64,000 bases of DNA from Epiperipatus broadwayi (GCA_028023455.1 JAQFVV010000009.1:12152001-12216000); one strand, 5' to 3'. Positions 1-13,950 are shown, counted from the first letter of the stretch. The notes: generated by a model not told the origin, from the sequence alone. Program-made: numbers and translations.

Positions 1-1094
1 TTATAGCAAATTGTATAGTCTCTTTTCATTAGTGGTTCTGAAATTCTAAAAAAAAAAAAACTTAATTATCTATCAGTTCTATTAATCAAAACAATTTTAA
101 AAAATCTACTTGAAGCTGTGATATACACTGTGTAATATACTTCAAATACAAGCTATCTTAAAAAAAAATGTAAATAACAAAAACTAAAAACATTAAATTC
201 ATACATTTAATAAATTTCATGATGATGCAGCAGCCATTTTTCCATCTTGGAGAGCCATACAGAATCATGTTCATTAATAATGTTTCTTTAGATTAAATTG
301 AAAACACATACATTTTATATGGTTGCAATATTCATATAAAAAAATGTTTTTTAAGCATAAAAGTAAAAGTTTTGCAAAATTTAATAAAAACTATAAAATA
401 TATTTTTGTATTGCATTAGAAAGCTTAAAGTTTGAAGAGTTTAACTGAGAATTTAAAATGAGTAACAGCAAATAAGTGTGATTGAATAAATTCTGAAACT
501 AATACAGATTTTAAAACTTCAAAACAATTAGAAAGGCCATTGACAGGTAATAATTAAACTATTATTAATATTTCAATTGGGGAAAAAAAAAGTTATTAAA
601 GAAAAAGAATATCATCCAGAACATGTTTCAATGTGATATCTGACTCTTTGCTGTTCATTTTATTTTTAAAAAATAAAATTATGTTACTGTAAGCTTCGTA
701 TTATTTTCATTTTTTGAATGAATGTGAATGAATAAAAACACACACAGTAAATATAATTGTAAATGTGCTCTCTCAACTTATTATTAATAATTATATTACT
801 ATTGTTAATTTTTAATTTTTTTACATTATAATCTTAATTTATGTATATGTACTTGTTGAAAAATACTCTACACTTGCAGTTCAATAAACAATAAGTACTC
901 TATTGCAATCAAAGCTTATCAACAAAATGAGCTATTACACACAATGTACACAAAGGGGACTTGAAACAAAATATAGTGGAATTTGTGGCCTTACTTTATA
1001 TGTATATTTATATATTTTTTTAATACAATTAATATTTACATTACAGATTATACACATGTTTGCCATATCTATGAGTTTGTAATGAAAAACATAC

Positions 1095-1143
1095 CTGTTC
1101 CAAGAGGCTCCATCTCATGTGACATTGTTATTGTGATATGTAA
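1095..1143 (-). CDS. GMPPB: GMPPB coding exon 3 (49 nt)
   Basis: LHITITMSHEMEPLGT plus 1 nt (the SHExEPLGT motif), with a ttttaatag acceptor and a GTATG donor. It continues exon 2 in frame. Confidence 0.93.
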
Positions 1144-2479
1144 CTATTAAAAAAAAAAAAACATTGTTAGTTCCATAAAATTTATTTACAAAGGATATTT
1201 TATATACTAAAAATAAAAATCTAATTTTCAGAATTCATGATTATTTCATCTACTAATATAAAAAGTCACATGTTGCAAGAAAAATAACTATTACCAACAT
1301 TTATCATCAGGGACAACAAAATTATGGAAATTTTATATTTTAATAATAGTTAGAAATTTATTTTAGTAAATATTACAATTCACTTATTAGCATTTTAAAA
1401 TTTAATTTTGAATACATATACATTTTAAAATTATATAAAAAAACACATTTAAAATAAATAAATGGCTGTAAATTAATAAAGCTAACTGAAGTGAGCAGCA
1501 AGTTTTTAATTGAATTCTTGATAAGTTTTTGTTTTTCTATGTAACAAAGTGAATAGAGGCAGTTGATTAAATTATTCTTAATCCAATAAAATTATTAATT
1601 TGAGAAGGCTCAAGAATCAAGGGAGGTAGATTAGCAAAACTGCATCTGTCTAAATCAATTTTTTAAAATTATAAAAATATAACACCAAAAAGTGAAGATA
1701 ATAAAAATACTAATTAAAACCATTTTTTTTAATTTATAACTATAAAAACTTTCACGAAAAAAAACACGCCAGCTTATAAAAATGTTTATAGATATTTTTA
1801 ATTGCTTTAAACAATTGCATATTACTCTTATTGAAATCCTTTATATAAAAAGTTTGGATTCTTCTATAGCAAAATGCTAAATGTTATAAATAAAATACAA
1901 TGTCGAAGTCAGAAAGCCAATTACAGTGAATTACTAATGAAGTTAGATGACTCAAATATATATAAATATGTTAAACCCTTTTGGATAGTAGGGACTTTCA
2001 ATTTTTTTTTTTTTAATATATTAATTGAAATTTGTGATAACTAGAAAGAGAAAGAAAAAGATACTGTACTAAATTAATAACAATTTACACACTAAAAGGC
2101 ATTACATACTATTCATATAACTTAATCATTAATTTATTCATTAATTTAATTTCATTAGTATTTTTTTTTAAATTTATTTCAATACTTTACTCAAATCAAA
2201 TTTAAATTAAAAATGAATAATGCTAATAATGATAAATTAAATTTTTAAATGAAGAATGAACATTTAAAAAGATTCTAGATAAAGAATGCAAACTTTTTTA
2301 ACATTTAAAAAAAATCTGTAAGTTGTTGCTAATGAATTATTTTTGTAGAGATAAAAACAAAAAGATTTTTAAAATTATATTTAAAAAAAAAGTGTATATT
2401 TAAGAAGACATTAAATACAGAATATAAAATGAAGTTAAAATCATTTAATGTTAGGGAAAAGAAAAATCAACTGCCTCAT

Positions 2480-2845
2480 TGAAAACATTTTTAAAAATTC
2501 TTCAATCTTTCTTCAATAAAAAGATGAGAGAATTTATTTCTCCATTAAACAATGCCTGTGCAAATACTTTGACCTTTATAAAAAATTTTTTGAAAAACAC
2601 TAAAAAATATCTTACTACTAATCAAATTGTGTTAAAATATTTGATATTACATGTTGTTATTTCTGAATCTTTATTCTGATTCGGATAGAAATCTATTTAC
2701 AGTATCTTGTATTGAGGATTTTCATTAATTCAGCATCCTTGGTTTCCGAGCATTCCCAGATTAGTTATTCTGCCACACTAAGAATAATACAATATTATCT
2801 CCCTCTCTAACAACATTCTGTATCTTTAAAGTTATCTATATGCTG
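2480..2845 (-). pseudogene. Degenerate LRR-like segment in GMPPB intron 2
   Basis: An acceptor (aattttacag) lies at 2847-2846. One frame reads CGRITNLGM (2751-2779), resembling the cysteine-containing LRR consensus CxxITDxGL. There are multiple stops. Confidence 0.25.
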
Positions 2846-5090
2846 CTGTAAAATTAAAAAATATTAAATGCAACATATATATAAATTTTAGTATATATTT
2901 TGTATATAAAATATTCTGTATATTTATTTTTATATAATCAAAAAATAATTAATAAAAATTTAATTAATTTATCAGTAATCATTTAATCCTCATCAAAACC
3001 TACATTTTGACCTGCTGCAAGCAGTATCTACTAATTAGAGATACCACCTCCCCAAATTCCCTGTATTTTTTAAGTTTTCAATTTGCTATATACTGTAGTA
3101 AGTAAAATATCTTTTTATTTTTTAAACAAAAAGCAATCAAATGACAAAGCTGAAATATATTATTTATTTTAAATTTTTTTTTTCTTATAATTTACATTAA
3201 AAATTATGTAAATACATTAATTTATTAACTGCGTTATGTTGTTTATTTATTTATTTTTATGTATTCAAAAATGTCACTTATGTAAATCATAACTCTTTCT
3301 AAAATAATTAAATCTCATGGTTCGAAAAATTTAAAGGACCCTCTTATAATTTTAACTAGATAATAAAAGTTGCTAAATTACAGACAGCCACATTAATAAA
3401 TTTCTATCTCATAAATAAATATGTAACTATCTCATCTTTAAGTCTGCACTATATAAAAGTTGAAACAAAATTATAAATGACGTTGTTGATTTACATAAGC
3501 TTTTGTGGATAAAGTTCAGTAAGAGTTTTTAAAATGTTATAAATATGTATTAAAAACATATATATAGTTTGCTATTATCTATGAATTTTGGTATCTATGT
3601 CAAGGATTTGGAACTAAATGTTATAGTTATGAGAGCACTATTATAAAATCCAAGATAATAAACCAAAACAAACTTTTACTATTTTTTTTCCTTCAATACT
3701 AGTTTTGATAAGATGAATAGAGGTAGAAGCAAAACTGACTACTGGAGAACTCTGAAAATCATGACACCATTTCCAATAAAGAACCCATACCATTTGTAGT
3801 TTTAATCTTTTTATCTACTATTCAAAAATTTTTTATCTTCTGTAGGCAATTGCTGAAAGTTTTTTTCTTATTTTTTAAATTTTATAAATGTGAATGATCT
3901 CATCATTTTTATGATGCATTTCTTAGATTACATAAAACAATAATAATCAGTAAAAAAAATTTTGAAAACATAACATAAATTGCCTAATCAATGGTATTGT
4001 CTGAAATTCAGAAATCATTATTTTTTGGAGGACATTTAAACTACATTGTTATCTTTATACAGAATTATTATAAAAGATTTTAAAAATTTCTCATAATTTT
4101 TATAATATATTCAATCTTGAAAATTTGTGCAGAAAAATATGAAACTCTTAGACTTTCAAAAAAAGCTGTCAATTATTATCTGGCACTCTCCCACTAAAAA
4201 GTATAACCAATCAGTGCTAGCAATAGCCATATTCTTCATCAATTTCAGAACAGACAAAATGCATAATAAAGAAGTAACATATGTAGCACTCTTGATATAT
4301 CCTCCTAAGAATCAATCACTAGATGACAAACTGATAAGCCATTATAAAATTAAGTCACCAATGATAACAATATTATAGCTTTTATCAATGGGTTTTTAAT
4401 TATTTTTATAAACTATTAACATTACTGTTTATAAAATACTGATTAAAAACATCTAAATATTTTTAAGGCAATCAAATTGACAGTATTCTACATGTAATGT
4501 TAAAAAGGTTTATATTAGATAATTTCGGTCAAAGTTATTCTAATTAATTATTCTCTTAGCTTTGATGAAATACTATGATTAGTTTCAATAAAGAATTCCT
4601 TAATATTTTTGGACTTCTCAAATTAGTATTACTAAAATTTCCCTTTTTTAATTATCTATTATTTTAGAAAGATGAGATATAAAAAGCTTAGTAATTATAA
4701 AAAAATTCTGCAGTATTTTCTGAATTAAAACAATTCTTTCAAATATTGTTAAAATCACATACAATATTTAAAAAATGTGCTAACACAAATCTAAAATTAG
4801 GAAATAATCTCAAGGAACTACAGCTATTAATTCAAGCTCTAAATTTACGATCCTTTCATAAATAATGTGAACCATTGATATAGTATAATTTGCTGGACAC
4901 AGATAATTCTTGAATTAAGATATTTAATTATTTATGAGTATTTTGATATCAGCAACATAAATATCTTACCAATACTGTAAAGAAGTAAAGATGGGTATTC
5001 TTAATGATATTTTTTTTTTTTTTGCAATCAATTCAAGATTTGAAACTTTACAAAAAAATTAATTATTGTAATTATTAAAAAAAAAAAAAC

Positions 5091-5171
5091 CTTTTCTTCT
5101 TGAGCTTTAAGTTCCTTTTCCAACATCTCTGCTCTATAACTAACAGCTAATATCACATGATTTACTCCAGC
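5091..5171 (-). CDS. GMPPB: GMPPB coding exon 2 (81 nt)
   Basis: AGVNHVILAVSYRAEMLEKELKAQEEK, with a poly-T/AG acceptor (5173-5172) and a GT donor (5090-5089). Phase 0/0, matching the exon layout I recall for vertebrate GMPPB. Confidence 0.95.
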
Positions 5172-5299
5172 CTTAAAAAAAAAAAAAATTATTACAATAA
5201 TATAATACACAATTAATTAATGAGAAGAAAATACATTTTAAAAATAATTTTGCAATTTTTTTTTTACACTTTACAGAGTGATTAATTGCATCAAGGAAG

Positions 5300-6030
5300 A
5301 TCAAGTGTTATAATTTAATTACTTCAATCTGCTTTGGGCAAAGAATTTACAAACAGAATAGTAAATATTAGACAATTGCTGTTTTCACAAATGGTCGTGG
5401 AATAATGATACAGTCTCATGGACAAATCCAGACTTTTTTTTAGGTTCCACTCAGCTATCGCCAAGAATTAATCAAAAATGGCTATCTAGATATTTTTAGC
5501 AAAAGAATATAACAAGAATGAAAAAATACCAACCAGCAAATGGCAAGGATGATAAAAGTAATGTTTCTTCCTTAGCCATTCTTTTATTCTTGGAGATGTT
5601 ATTGAAGAGCCCTTTACCCTGAAATGGTCTATTTAAAGGCTGTTTATATACCTATATATAAGTAATCAGATTAAATCTTTTATAAACACCCTTCTCATAT
5701 TAAAATCTACCATATAGCAAGTGTACATCAGTGTAAAAAATTCCAATCATTCTCCCTCATTCCATGTGCATTTCATAAACAATTTTGAATCACTAAATGA
5801 GCCAGAGATTTAAAACCTTTGGCATCTTCACACCAGAATAGATAGTTTAATCTTTTATATGTATAACGAAATTGCAATCTGTTAGATTTAAAGTTTTCAA
5901 GATACAGCTTTATCTGATGAGCAATCTAAATTTGTTCACAAAATGCTTTGTAAATCAAGAATCTCATATAAGATGCAAGCAATTATAATGTGCGAATGTA
6001 ATTTATAATAGGTACATCTAAATTTGCTGA
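5300..6030 (-). pseudogene. Degenerate LRR-like coding segment
   Basis: LxxLxL motifs are scattered over three frames with stops and frameshifts: YEILDLQS, ILKTLNLTDCNF, SLAHLVIQNC, NLKKSLDLS. Confidence 0.35.
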
Positions 6031-7162
6031 GATTTTTTTTAAAAAAAAAAAAAATTTTACAATTGCCATTCTGAATTTAGACAAAGTTAATATTCCCATG
6101 AATATTAAATTAAAAAGAAGTGCGTACAAAAAAAAAAAAAAAACAATGTATATTTTTAAATTTATTTTTGGTGCACTTTATGTTCTGCTATTAATATTTT
6201 TTGTTTTTGTAATTATATAGTTAATATTTTAAAATGTATATAATAAAATAAAGTTTTAAAGATTATCTAAGTTATTACACAAGAAAGAAAAATGCTATAG
6301 TTGAATAATAATACCATGTAATACTATTTAATAAAAATAAATATTCTAATCTTTAATTTAAGTTTAAAGTTTATATCTGAACTAAAAATAATATAATCTC
6401 TAGCTAATAAATACTTAATAATAACAGAATGACAGATTTGAGGGATAATATCCCTGAATCCAAGCTTGGCCCGGACTTCACATGATCTCTCAAATGACTA
6501 ATCGCTTAATTATTTTAAAAAAATTATTAATATATTTATCTAAAGATGATGTTATCAAATAGGTGAGAGCAAGAAATGTAACACTTGCTAAGTGAATTAA
6601 ATGAACAAAAAAATTTCTGATCCAAGAAACTTACTTTTTTAAAAATAAATAAATGTACATAAATTCATATACCCTTATGCATAAATATCACTCGAATAGA
6701 AATTATTAGTATTTTTTTTAAGATTTATTTGATTCCATCTTAATTACTTTTCTTTTTTTAAAAACATACATTCAATTAATTATAGTTAAAAGCTGAAAGT
6801 AAATAACATTCAATGTTCATAAAGTTTCAGTAAATAAAACATAAATATTCACATTAAATAAAACTTTAGGCAGAAATTTGGTAAACTCAGTGAAATGTTT
6901 GTTTTGTATTGGTAATAATATATTTTATATTAGGCAAAATATATATATATATTAATGAACCAAATATATTTAAGTTAGCTAATTGGTTTATCAAACTCAA
7001 CTTTTTATTTTTTATTTTTGAAAATGATAGAATTCGGTTCCCATTTATATGCTCTCAAAATCATTTAATATTCATCATGCCTATAACTTTTTAGGTAATT
7101 ATGAAATATTTTCAGTATCATATTTTAAATAATAAGTTGTTGAGAGAAATTAAAATAGTATG

Positions 7163-7575
7163 CTAACTATTTATAAAATCAGACAGAAGTAAATAAAACT
7201 GATACTGAAATAAATTTAAATGAAATAAATAATAACAATTTTTTAGAATAATATTTAGAATTGTAGACTGATGAACTTCAATAATTAAACTGAGCTGATA
7301 ATTTTTGTGTCTACAGTATTTTATTAGAGCCAGTGACAACTGATTTTGTAGTGAGGATGAATTTATTTCCAACTTCTGAAAATTTTCAAAGTGGATTAGG
7401 GGCAAACAAATGGTCAAGAAATCAGCTTCTGAAGATATATTAATATTATATAATGACTTTAAATTGTTTCCTTTCTTATATCCTATTGTTTTAAGGATAG
7501 TTTTATTTAATTGCTGGGTATTTTTAATCAAATGATATTTTTTCAATCTTTCTGAGCATGCAAAATCCTTCAGCC
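7163..7575 (-). pseudogene. Putative exon of an LRR-like (F-box/LRR-type) gene nested in GMPPB intron 1
   Basis: About 137 open codons follow a good acceptor (atttttacag, AG at 7577-7576). Leucine-patterned segments include NLKSLYNINI and NFQKLEIN. The family assignment is inference. Confidence 0.4.
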
Positions 7576-7819
7576 CTGTAAAAATATAACTGGATTAAAT
7601 TAAAAATATATATATATATGCTTTTATGAATAGCACTGTTCATCAAACTATTGATTCCTTCATCTAATAAACTGTATGCAAATCCAAATTAAACATTTCC
7701 TTAAATTATTCTTGAAAGTAGCTTCTACATAAAGGCTACGTGTTTTACAACATAAATGTTATAAAGTAGTAACTGATATCATTCTTGAGAAAAGTGTTAT
7801 TTTGTGATATAATTAAGAT

Positions 7820-8690
7820 TCCAAATTTGATTTTTTTTTTTTGTAAGCATTATTTACAATAAGTACTATAGTAATATTTACTAAGGCAATAAACCTAAAG
7901 CTTGTGCGATTAAAAATGTGAAGGTAGGGCCCTCTACAGGTCTTAACCACAAGCTTAGTCATTGGAAGATATTTGTATAAAAAAAATAAACCAAATATAA
8001 CCATAGTAGCAAAAAATGGGGCTTCTAACTGGGATCGGTTGCTTTCTTTTAGTAAAATTACAATCAGTTATCATAATGAAATAAATTTGATTTTATTTAT
8101 TACAAGCATTATTTACAATAATTATTATAATATTTATATAAAAAAATAAAAATATATAACCACAGAATGTAAAAAAATTAAGAAATAAAATTACTATGGT
8201 TTAGATTACAACTTAATTAGGAGCAATTGGTTACTTTCTTTTAGGAAAAGAACAGTCAGTTAGTTATTATAATGAAATAAATTTGATTTTATATATTTGT
8301 AAGCATTTTTTATAATAAGCATTATAATAATTGTATAAAAAAATATAACCATAGATTACAAAAAATTGAGAAATAAAATTGCTTCCTTTGGAATACAATT
8401 GATGCAACTTCTAACTGGGAGTAGTTGGTTACTTCCTTTTAGAAAAAAAACCTGAATCAGTTATTATAAAGAAATAAATTTGATTTATTATTAGCATTAT
8501 TTGCAATAAGTATTATAACACTTTTAGAGAAAGGCTTTAATCTTTATCATATGCGCCTTGAACATTTATATATTTCCTACATGCTTAATAAATAATCACA
8601 ACTTTATAATATTGGTATAAAAAAGTTGAAAAAAAAACCACACTATAGATTGCAAAAAAACAGAGAAATAAATTTATTTAAGTTTAGACC
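7820..8690. repeat. Degenerate tandem repeat, about 196-bp unit, about 4 copies
   Basis: The anchor aaatttgattt recurs near 7824, 8085, 8280 and 8477. Shared blocks include atataacca, cttctaactggga and cagttatyataa. Confidence 0.75.
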
Positions 8691-8698
8691 ACACCCAA

Positions 8699-8879
8699 GT
8701 ATGAGATACTGCTAAATCCGAAAAAAGTGACATAAAACTTACACTATGCAAGCAAAATTCAAACTAATTTTGTTTTTGCAAATATAGATATACCTAGAAA
8801 GTTACTGAAATGCATATCTGTTCAATTTATAAAATTTTACGAAATTAAGGTTATGAAAATTTCTAGCAGTATCACATAC
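8699..8879. mobile_element. Small MITE-like element with about 16-bp TIRs
   Basis: gtatgagatactgcta at the left end versus tagcagtatcacatac at the right end (1 mismatch). CAA flanks both sides (possible 3-bp TSD). Confidence 0.55.
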
Positions 8880-11800
8880 CAATTATAGTTGTTGAGAATT
8901 AATTTGTTTAACTAAACAACCAAGACTTTGGAGACTGAATACTATACTATAAAACCACAAGGGATCGAAAGATTAAATTTTACTTTATATCTAATCACAA
9001 ACGTAATGAACTAACCAATTATAAACAATGCTTTTTCTGTAATTAGTGTGATCATTGAACATTTAAGCTAGATTTTTTTCCCCCATAAGTAAATGATTAA
9101 AAAGATAGTAGCAGTGAAATGTTAAAATAATAGAACCAATTATTTTTGGGTTTTTTTTTTTTTTAAATGATGTGTATATTATTATTATGGGTTGCCAAGT
9201 CAATGCTGATTCACAGAAATTATAAGAATAACATTTCTCTAAAACAATTTTTTTTTTTTTTTTCAAGCTATTCTAACAGTGAGGATTATTGAATAAACAA
9301 GTTTGTCTTCAATAATATTTCATGTATCATCAATAAATTTATATTTCCATTAATTTTTTCACTTTAACTTTCATATATTAGTTATGAGAACAGCCATCCT
9401 CCTGAATGCTGATCATTTTTTTCTTTTTACTTTTCTTAGTAATCAAAAGTCGTGTGTAATGAATTGAATTTTCTTAAATATATGAAATAGCTGGTTAAAT
9501 ATAATTTTCAGATAGTGTTAAAATGGGATTTTGTCCTCTGAATTATTTTCAGATCTTCTATGCAAATGATTAAAATGTCTTTTGAAATTGCTGCAAAAAA
9601 CAGTATATCTTCAGAGATATGTTTTTTTGTTAAGAGATAATAAAAAAAAATCTCAAAAATATCAAAAAATATTGGTTCCGATTTTTTAACATAAAAATCA
9701 GTATTGATCAACCTATGGAATTTCATATGATTTAGGAATGAATTGTGGGGGGAGGGGGGGGTAATGATTTTAACTGTTTCAGATTTCAGGCGCCATATTG
9801 AATTTTTTTAAAAACTGACCTGAGACACAATTTTCACAATAACTTCAGTTTTAATTATGTTAGAGCAAAAAAATTTACATTAATAGAAACTAGAAAAACT
9901 AAGGAAAACAATAAGTCTAAGACAAATAGTGATAATCATTTAAAAAATAAAGTAAAAAAGAAATTTCAACATCCGACATAATTATTACTTTATTGTTTGT
10001 TCATAATTTCTAATTCATCATTAACTAAGTTTAAATTACATCTTCAGTGATAATTTCTTTGAATTCCTCACAAAATTATCTTTCAAACCATATATATGTT
10101 TTACCTGAGATAATCCATAGCTTCAGAATCTCCAAAAGTATTTGCCAAAGAATTCTTCATTTTTATCTTGTACCCCAAAAGTTACCAAAACTCAAAGGTG
10201 TCTATAAGAAAAAGATTCATTCTAATAAAAGATACAAAACAAATCATTTCCAAAAGATAGATATGCATTTGTCATCATAGCAATTGGCTTCTTGTCTATC
10301 TAAAACTAGATATTGTAGGCTACTGTCTGTATCCCTGATAAAATTAGTTTCATCTCTTCATTTTATATTTTTTTGTGTATATCAGTGATGTTTATATTCT
10401 TTATGCACACCAGCATATTTATTGTATCACATATTGTATCACATAGATATAATTTATTTGCATACAGTCCATTTGTTAGCTATAGAATTGAAAATAATGT
10501 GATGAAAAATATGGCAAAACTAGTGATTCTACAGATGAGTATCAAGGCATAGGCAAGAATCCGAATTCGATCCTTTGCTTGCATATGCAATCTTTCTGTA
10601 CATTTGATTATTAGTTTTGTAAATCATTAAGAGTAAACACAAACACACCATATAAACATAATAATATATAATAAATTATTAAACCTTTTGAGAATCATTA
10701 TTTTTATAAAATAAGTTTATTTTTATAAAATAAGTGGATTATATTAGAATACAAAATTACTGTACATATGAATTCATATGAGCATAAATAAATATACAAT
10801 TTATATAGACACCCACTATTATAAATGCAAATTAATAAAAATTAAATGATTTTTTCAAATAATTAAAAAATTAAAATTGTATACTTACGAGCGTTATTCT
10901 GCGATTACATTTAGACTCCATGGAAGGCCTTGTTTGTGAATCAGAATATTTTTATTCCGATAAAAGTGTATTTGAATGCCAATAAGTGGTTTCTGTCTTT
11001 ATCGCTTCATGGAAATTACAAAAATGATCAAAAAAAAAATTAAATATGCTGGTTACTAAAAAAATTAATAAAATATCCAAATTTCATCAGATTTTTTTGT
11101 TAAAGACATCTTTAGAAAGCTACGTCAGAGATCTATCAAATGACTGTATTTCTGTTGACGCCATGCTTATAGTTTTTATGTCATTAAAAAAAGAAAACAA
11201 CATTTCGACCAAACAAAGAAAGACAGGCGGGTCACCCGCTTGTAGCGCGGAAGCAGTTTTAATCTAGTTTCTAATTTATTTTATGTTGGGACTACAAAGA
11301 ATAAATTAGAAACTAAATTAAAACAGCATTTAAGTGATAAAAATTCTGCTATTTATAATCATATGAATAAATTTTAACAGAGGCTAAACTCTCAATTTTT
11401 AAATAAAAACTTTTAGAATATATAAAATCGTATCATGAAAAAATAATAAAGGAAAGAATTTACATTACTGAAATTAAGCCTGACTTGAATAGAATACATT
11501 ATATATCATACACTCCTCATTCAACACTTTAGAATGGAATTTTAACATATGATTTATTTCTTCTTGATTACAGTTTCAACTGCCCTGCAGTCATCATCAG
11601 AGCTACAATATTTAAACATATACAATTAATAACTAACCATACACATATATACCAATACATACATATACAAATATATATATACACACATATATAAAAAACC
11701 ATAATGACATATTAAACCGTATTTTAAACTAAGAATTTTTAATATTTTAAAAATATTAATTTTCTTTTATTCTATATTTATAATCAATTAATTTCCTCTA

Positions 11801-12878
11801 TATAGCCATGTGAAATTAATATTTAACTGACTACATTTAAAGGCCTGATAAGCTGGATCCATGCAGGATGGAAATTTACGTGAGGAATAAAATAAAATCA
11901 CCCACTGCCAATATAAATATGTTCAGAATGTGCTATTCAAAATTCATAAGGAGTTCTCCACATGTATAATAAAAAAAATGTATAAATTGTAAGAACTGTT
12001 TATGTAAGAAGAACTCTGAGGAAGAATTGTGTGTGATCATATCAATTCATGAAATATTGTAAATAATATGATTTTTTTTTCTTTTGTATAGATATGTCTT
12101 ATTATTTTTTTGTATTTTTATTTTATTATCTCCGTCTTATATTTCGGAAGTACTAATGGTTTAATTCAACAATTTGGAACAGTCCAACATAAGAAAGTGT
12201 CAAGAGAGTAGGGGAGGGGAAGGTTGAAAAGTCTGTTTTTTTTTCTTTTAATAAAATTTAGATAAATTTTCTGCCAAAATACTTGATTTTTCATCTATAA
12301 ATATGAAATTAAGTGCTCAAACAGAATTCTTAAATGGTAAGTTTTTCTCTTTTAAAGTCACTAAAATAACCAATGCCATAACATAACATGACTACTTGTA
12401 ATATGAATTATGTTTTACTAATAGTATTCCTAAGATCTTTGTAATGAATAAATGATTAACACTTTTAAGTAATATTCTTTACTATTTTCTTTGCTATCCT
12501 ATTATGTATTGTTTATGTATTATATTTCTTCCATGATATATAAATATGCAAAGTGATTCTTTTAGATCAATCAACTTCTACACCTAAAACTGCATACTGC
12601 ATCTGGTGTTGCATTTAAATTTCTAATTTAGTTAGCAATCTCACTCTTATTTAATAAATTTTTCATTACTTTTGAATATATAAAGGACTATATTATGAGT
12701 GTCTATCATGGGAAAAAAGAGTAAATAATTTTAAATTGTTTAATTAACAAAATGATAGATACTCATCATAGACATAAAAGTTATAAGTACAGAGGAATAT
12801 ATCCAAATAATTTATTTGCACTTGTAAATATTTTTTTTTAATTTTCTTTTCTACATTGATTGATAATTTGTTCTATAT

Positions 12879-13378
12879 TGTTAATATATTTTGTTTTTGT
12901 AAATAAATATTACGAAGTTTTGTTTAATTGACAAGATCTCTCTAGTTTTGTTGATCCAGCATTTACATTCAATCCTATATTCAATATTTTACACGTGCAC
13001 GCACATTATTGTTTGATGAGCATGAGAGAAAAATGTTAAATAAAGGTTATTCCTTACTAATAGTTAGGATGAGCTAATTTATTTATTGATTAACAGTCTG
13101 CATAGGTACATCCCTGTCAAGAGAGTCAAACGCGAATTCTTCCTGAGATCGAATATCTGAGGCAACAGTTCCGAAAAGAGTGGCGAGATGTTTAGATGAA
13201 CTGATTTAAATTGCATGTAGATTTGATAGATAAGGCTTAGGCGAGTTTACTGAAGATAGATGTAATCACGAATCATGTACATCATCGTGTCATCTCCAGC
13301 ATCCTACATGAAGACCCTAGGTCCGACAATAGTCACATGCGACCTTCTCTTGGCACGTCATTCGACTCGACCGTTACA
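12879..13378. mobile_element. Probable solo LTR (500 bp)
   Basis: A CpG-containing, less AT-rich block with TGT...ACA termini (tgttaat...cgttaca), flanked by ATAT on both sides (12875-12878 and 13379-13382). It has no ORF. Confidence 0.5.
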
Positions 13379-13950
13379 ATATATATATAATTAATCAATG
13401 CAAATAAGGTGAAGTGGAAAGAAATTTTAATTGAATAAAATGTTAATAAAAAATAAAAATAAAAAATTTGTTAATCAAATGTTTTTACAGTATTTTTGAA
13501 TGGATATATAAATGTAAAAAATTTGGTAGTTTTGAGATTGTTTGTAATAGAAAAGGTTTGAGGTAAAGAGTATCTTTTAGTATTTTTTAATTTGTTTGGA
13601 ATGTGTGATATTTATATTCATTATTATATATTTGTATTTTTATTTTATTTTTTCCTTGAAAAAGACTATATTGTAAAATAATCAAATAGTTGGCGTGGAG
13701 TTATATGTTTATAATAGTAATATAAAAAACAAGATTTAAAAAAAAGTTTGGTGTATTCATTTATATATATTGAAAGTTATGAACTATTTTTGAAAAGAAA
13801 ACTGTGTAGATGATATTTTAAACTTGTTGAGCTATCATTAAATTAAGTATTATTACTAAAAAGATTAATAATGTGAAGAGTTCCACATTAGAATGATTCC
13901 ATATTTTCCAAAACCTTTTACAATAATAAACAGGAAACTAAGGATGTTGA

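Noticed and set aside
1-1094. GMPPB exon 4 (expected AGPLALA..FFVLNSD..)
   Set aside because: Not found. It presumably lies left of the window.
5028-5210. 60-aa ORF from the track as a standalone gene
   Set aside because: It is GMPPB exon 2 read through into its flanking intron sequence.
7820-8690. CRISPR-like array
   Set aside because: The units are long and degenerate, with no constant repeat/unique spacer pattern and no cas genes, in a eukaryotic intron.
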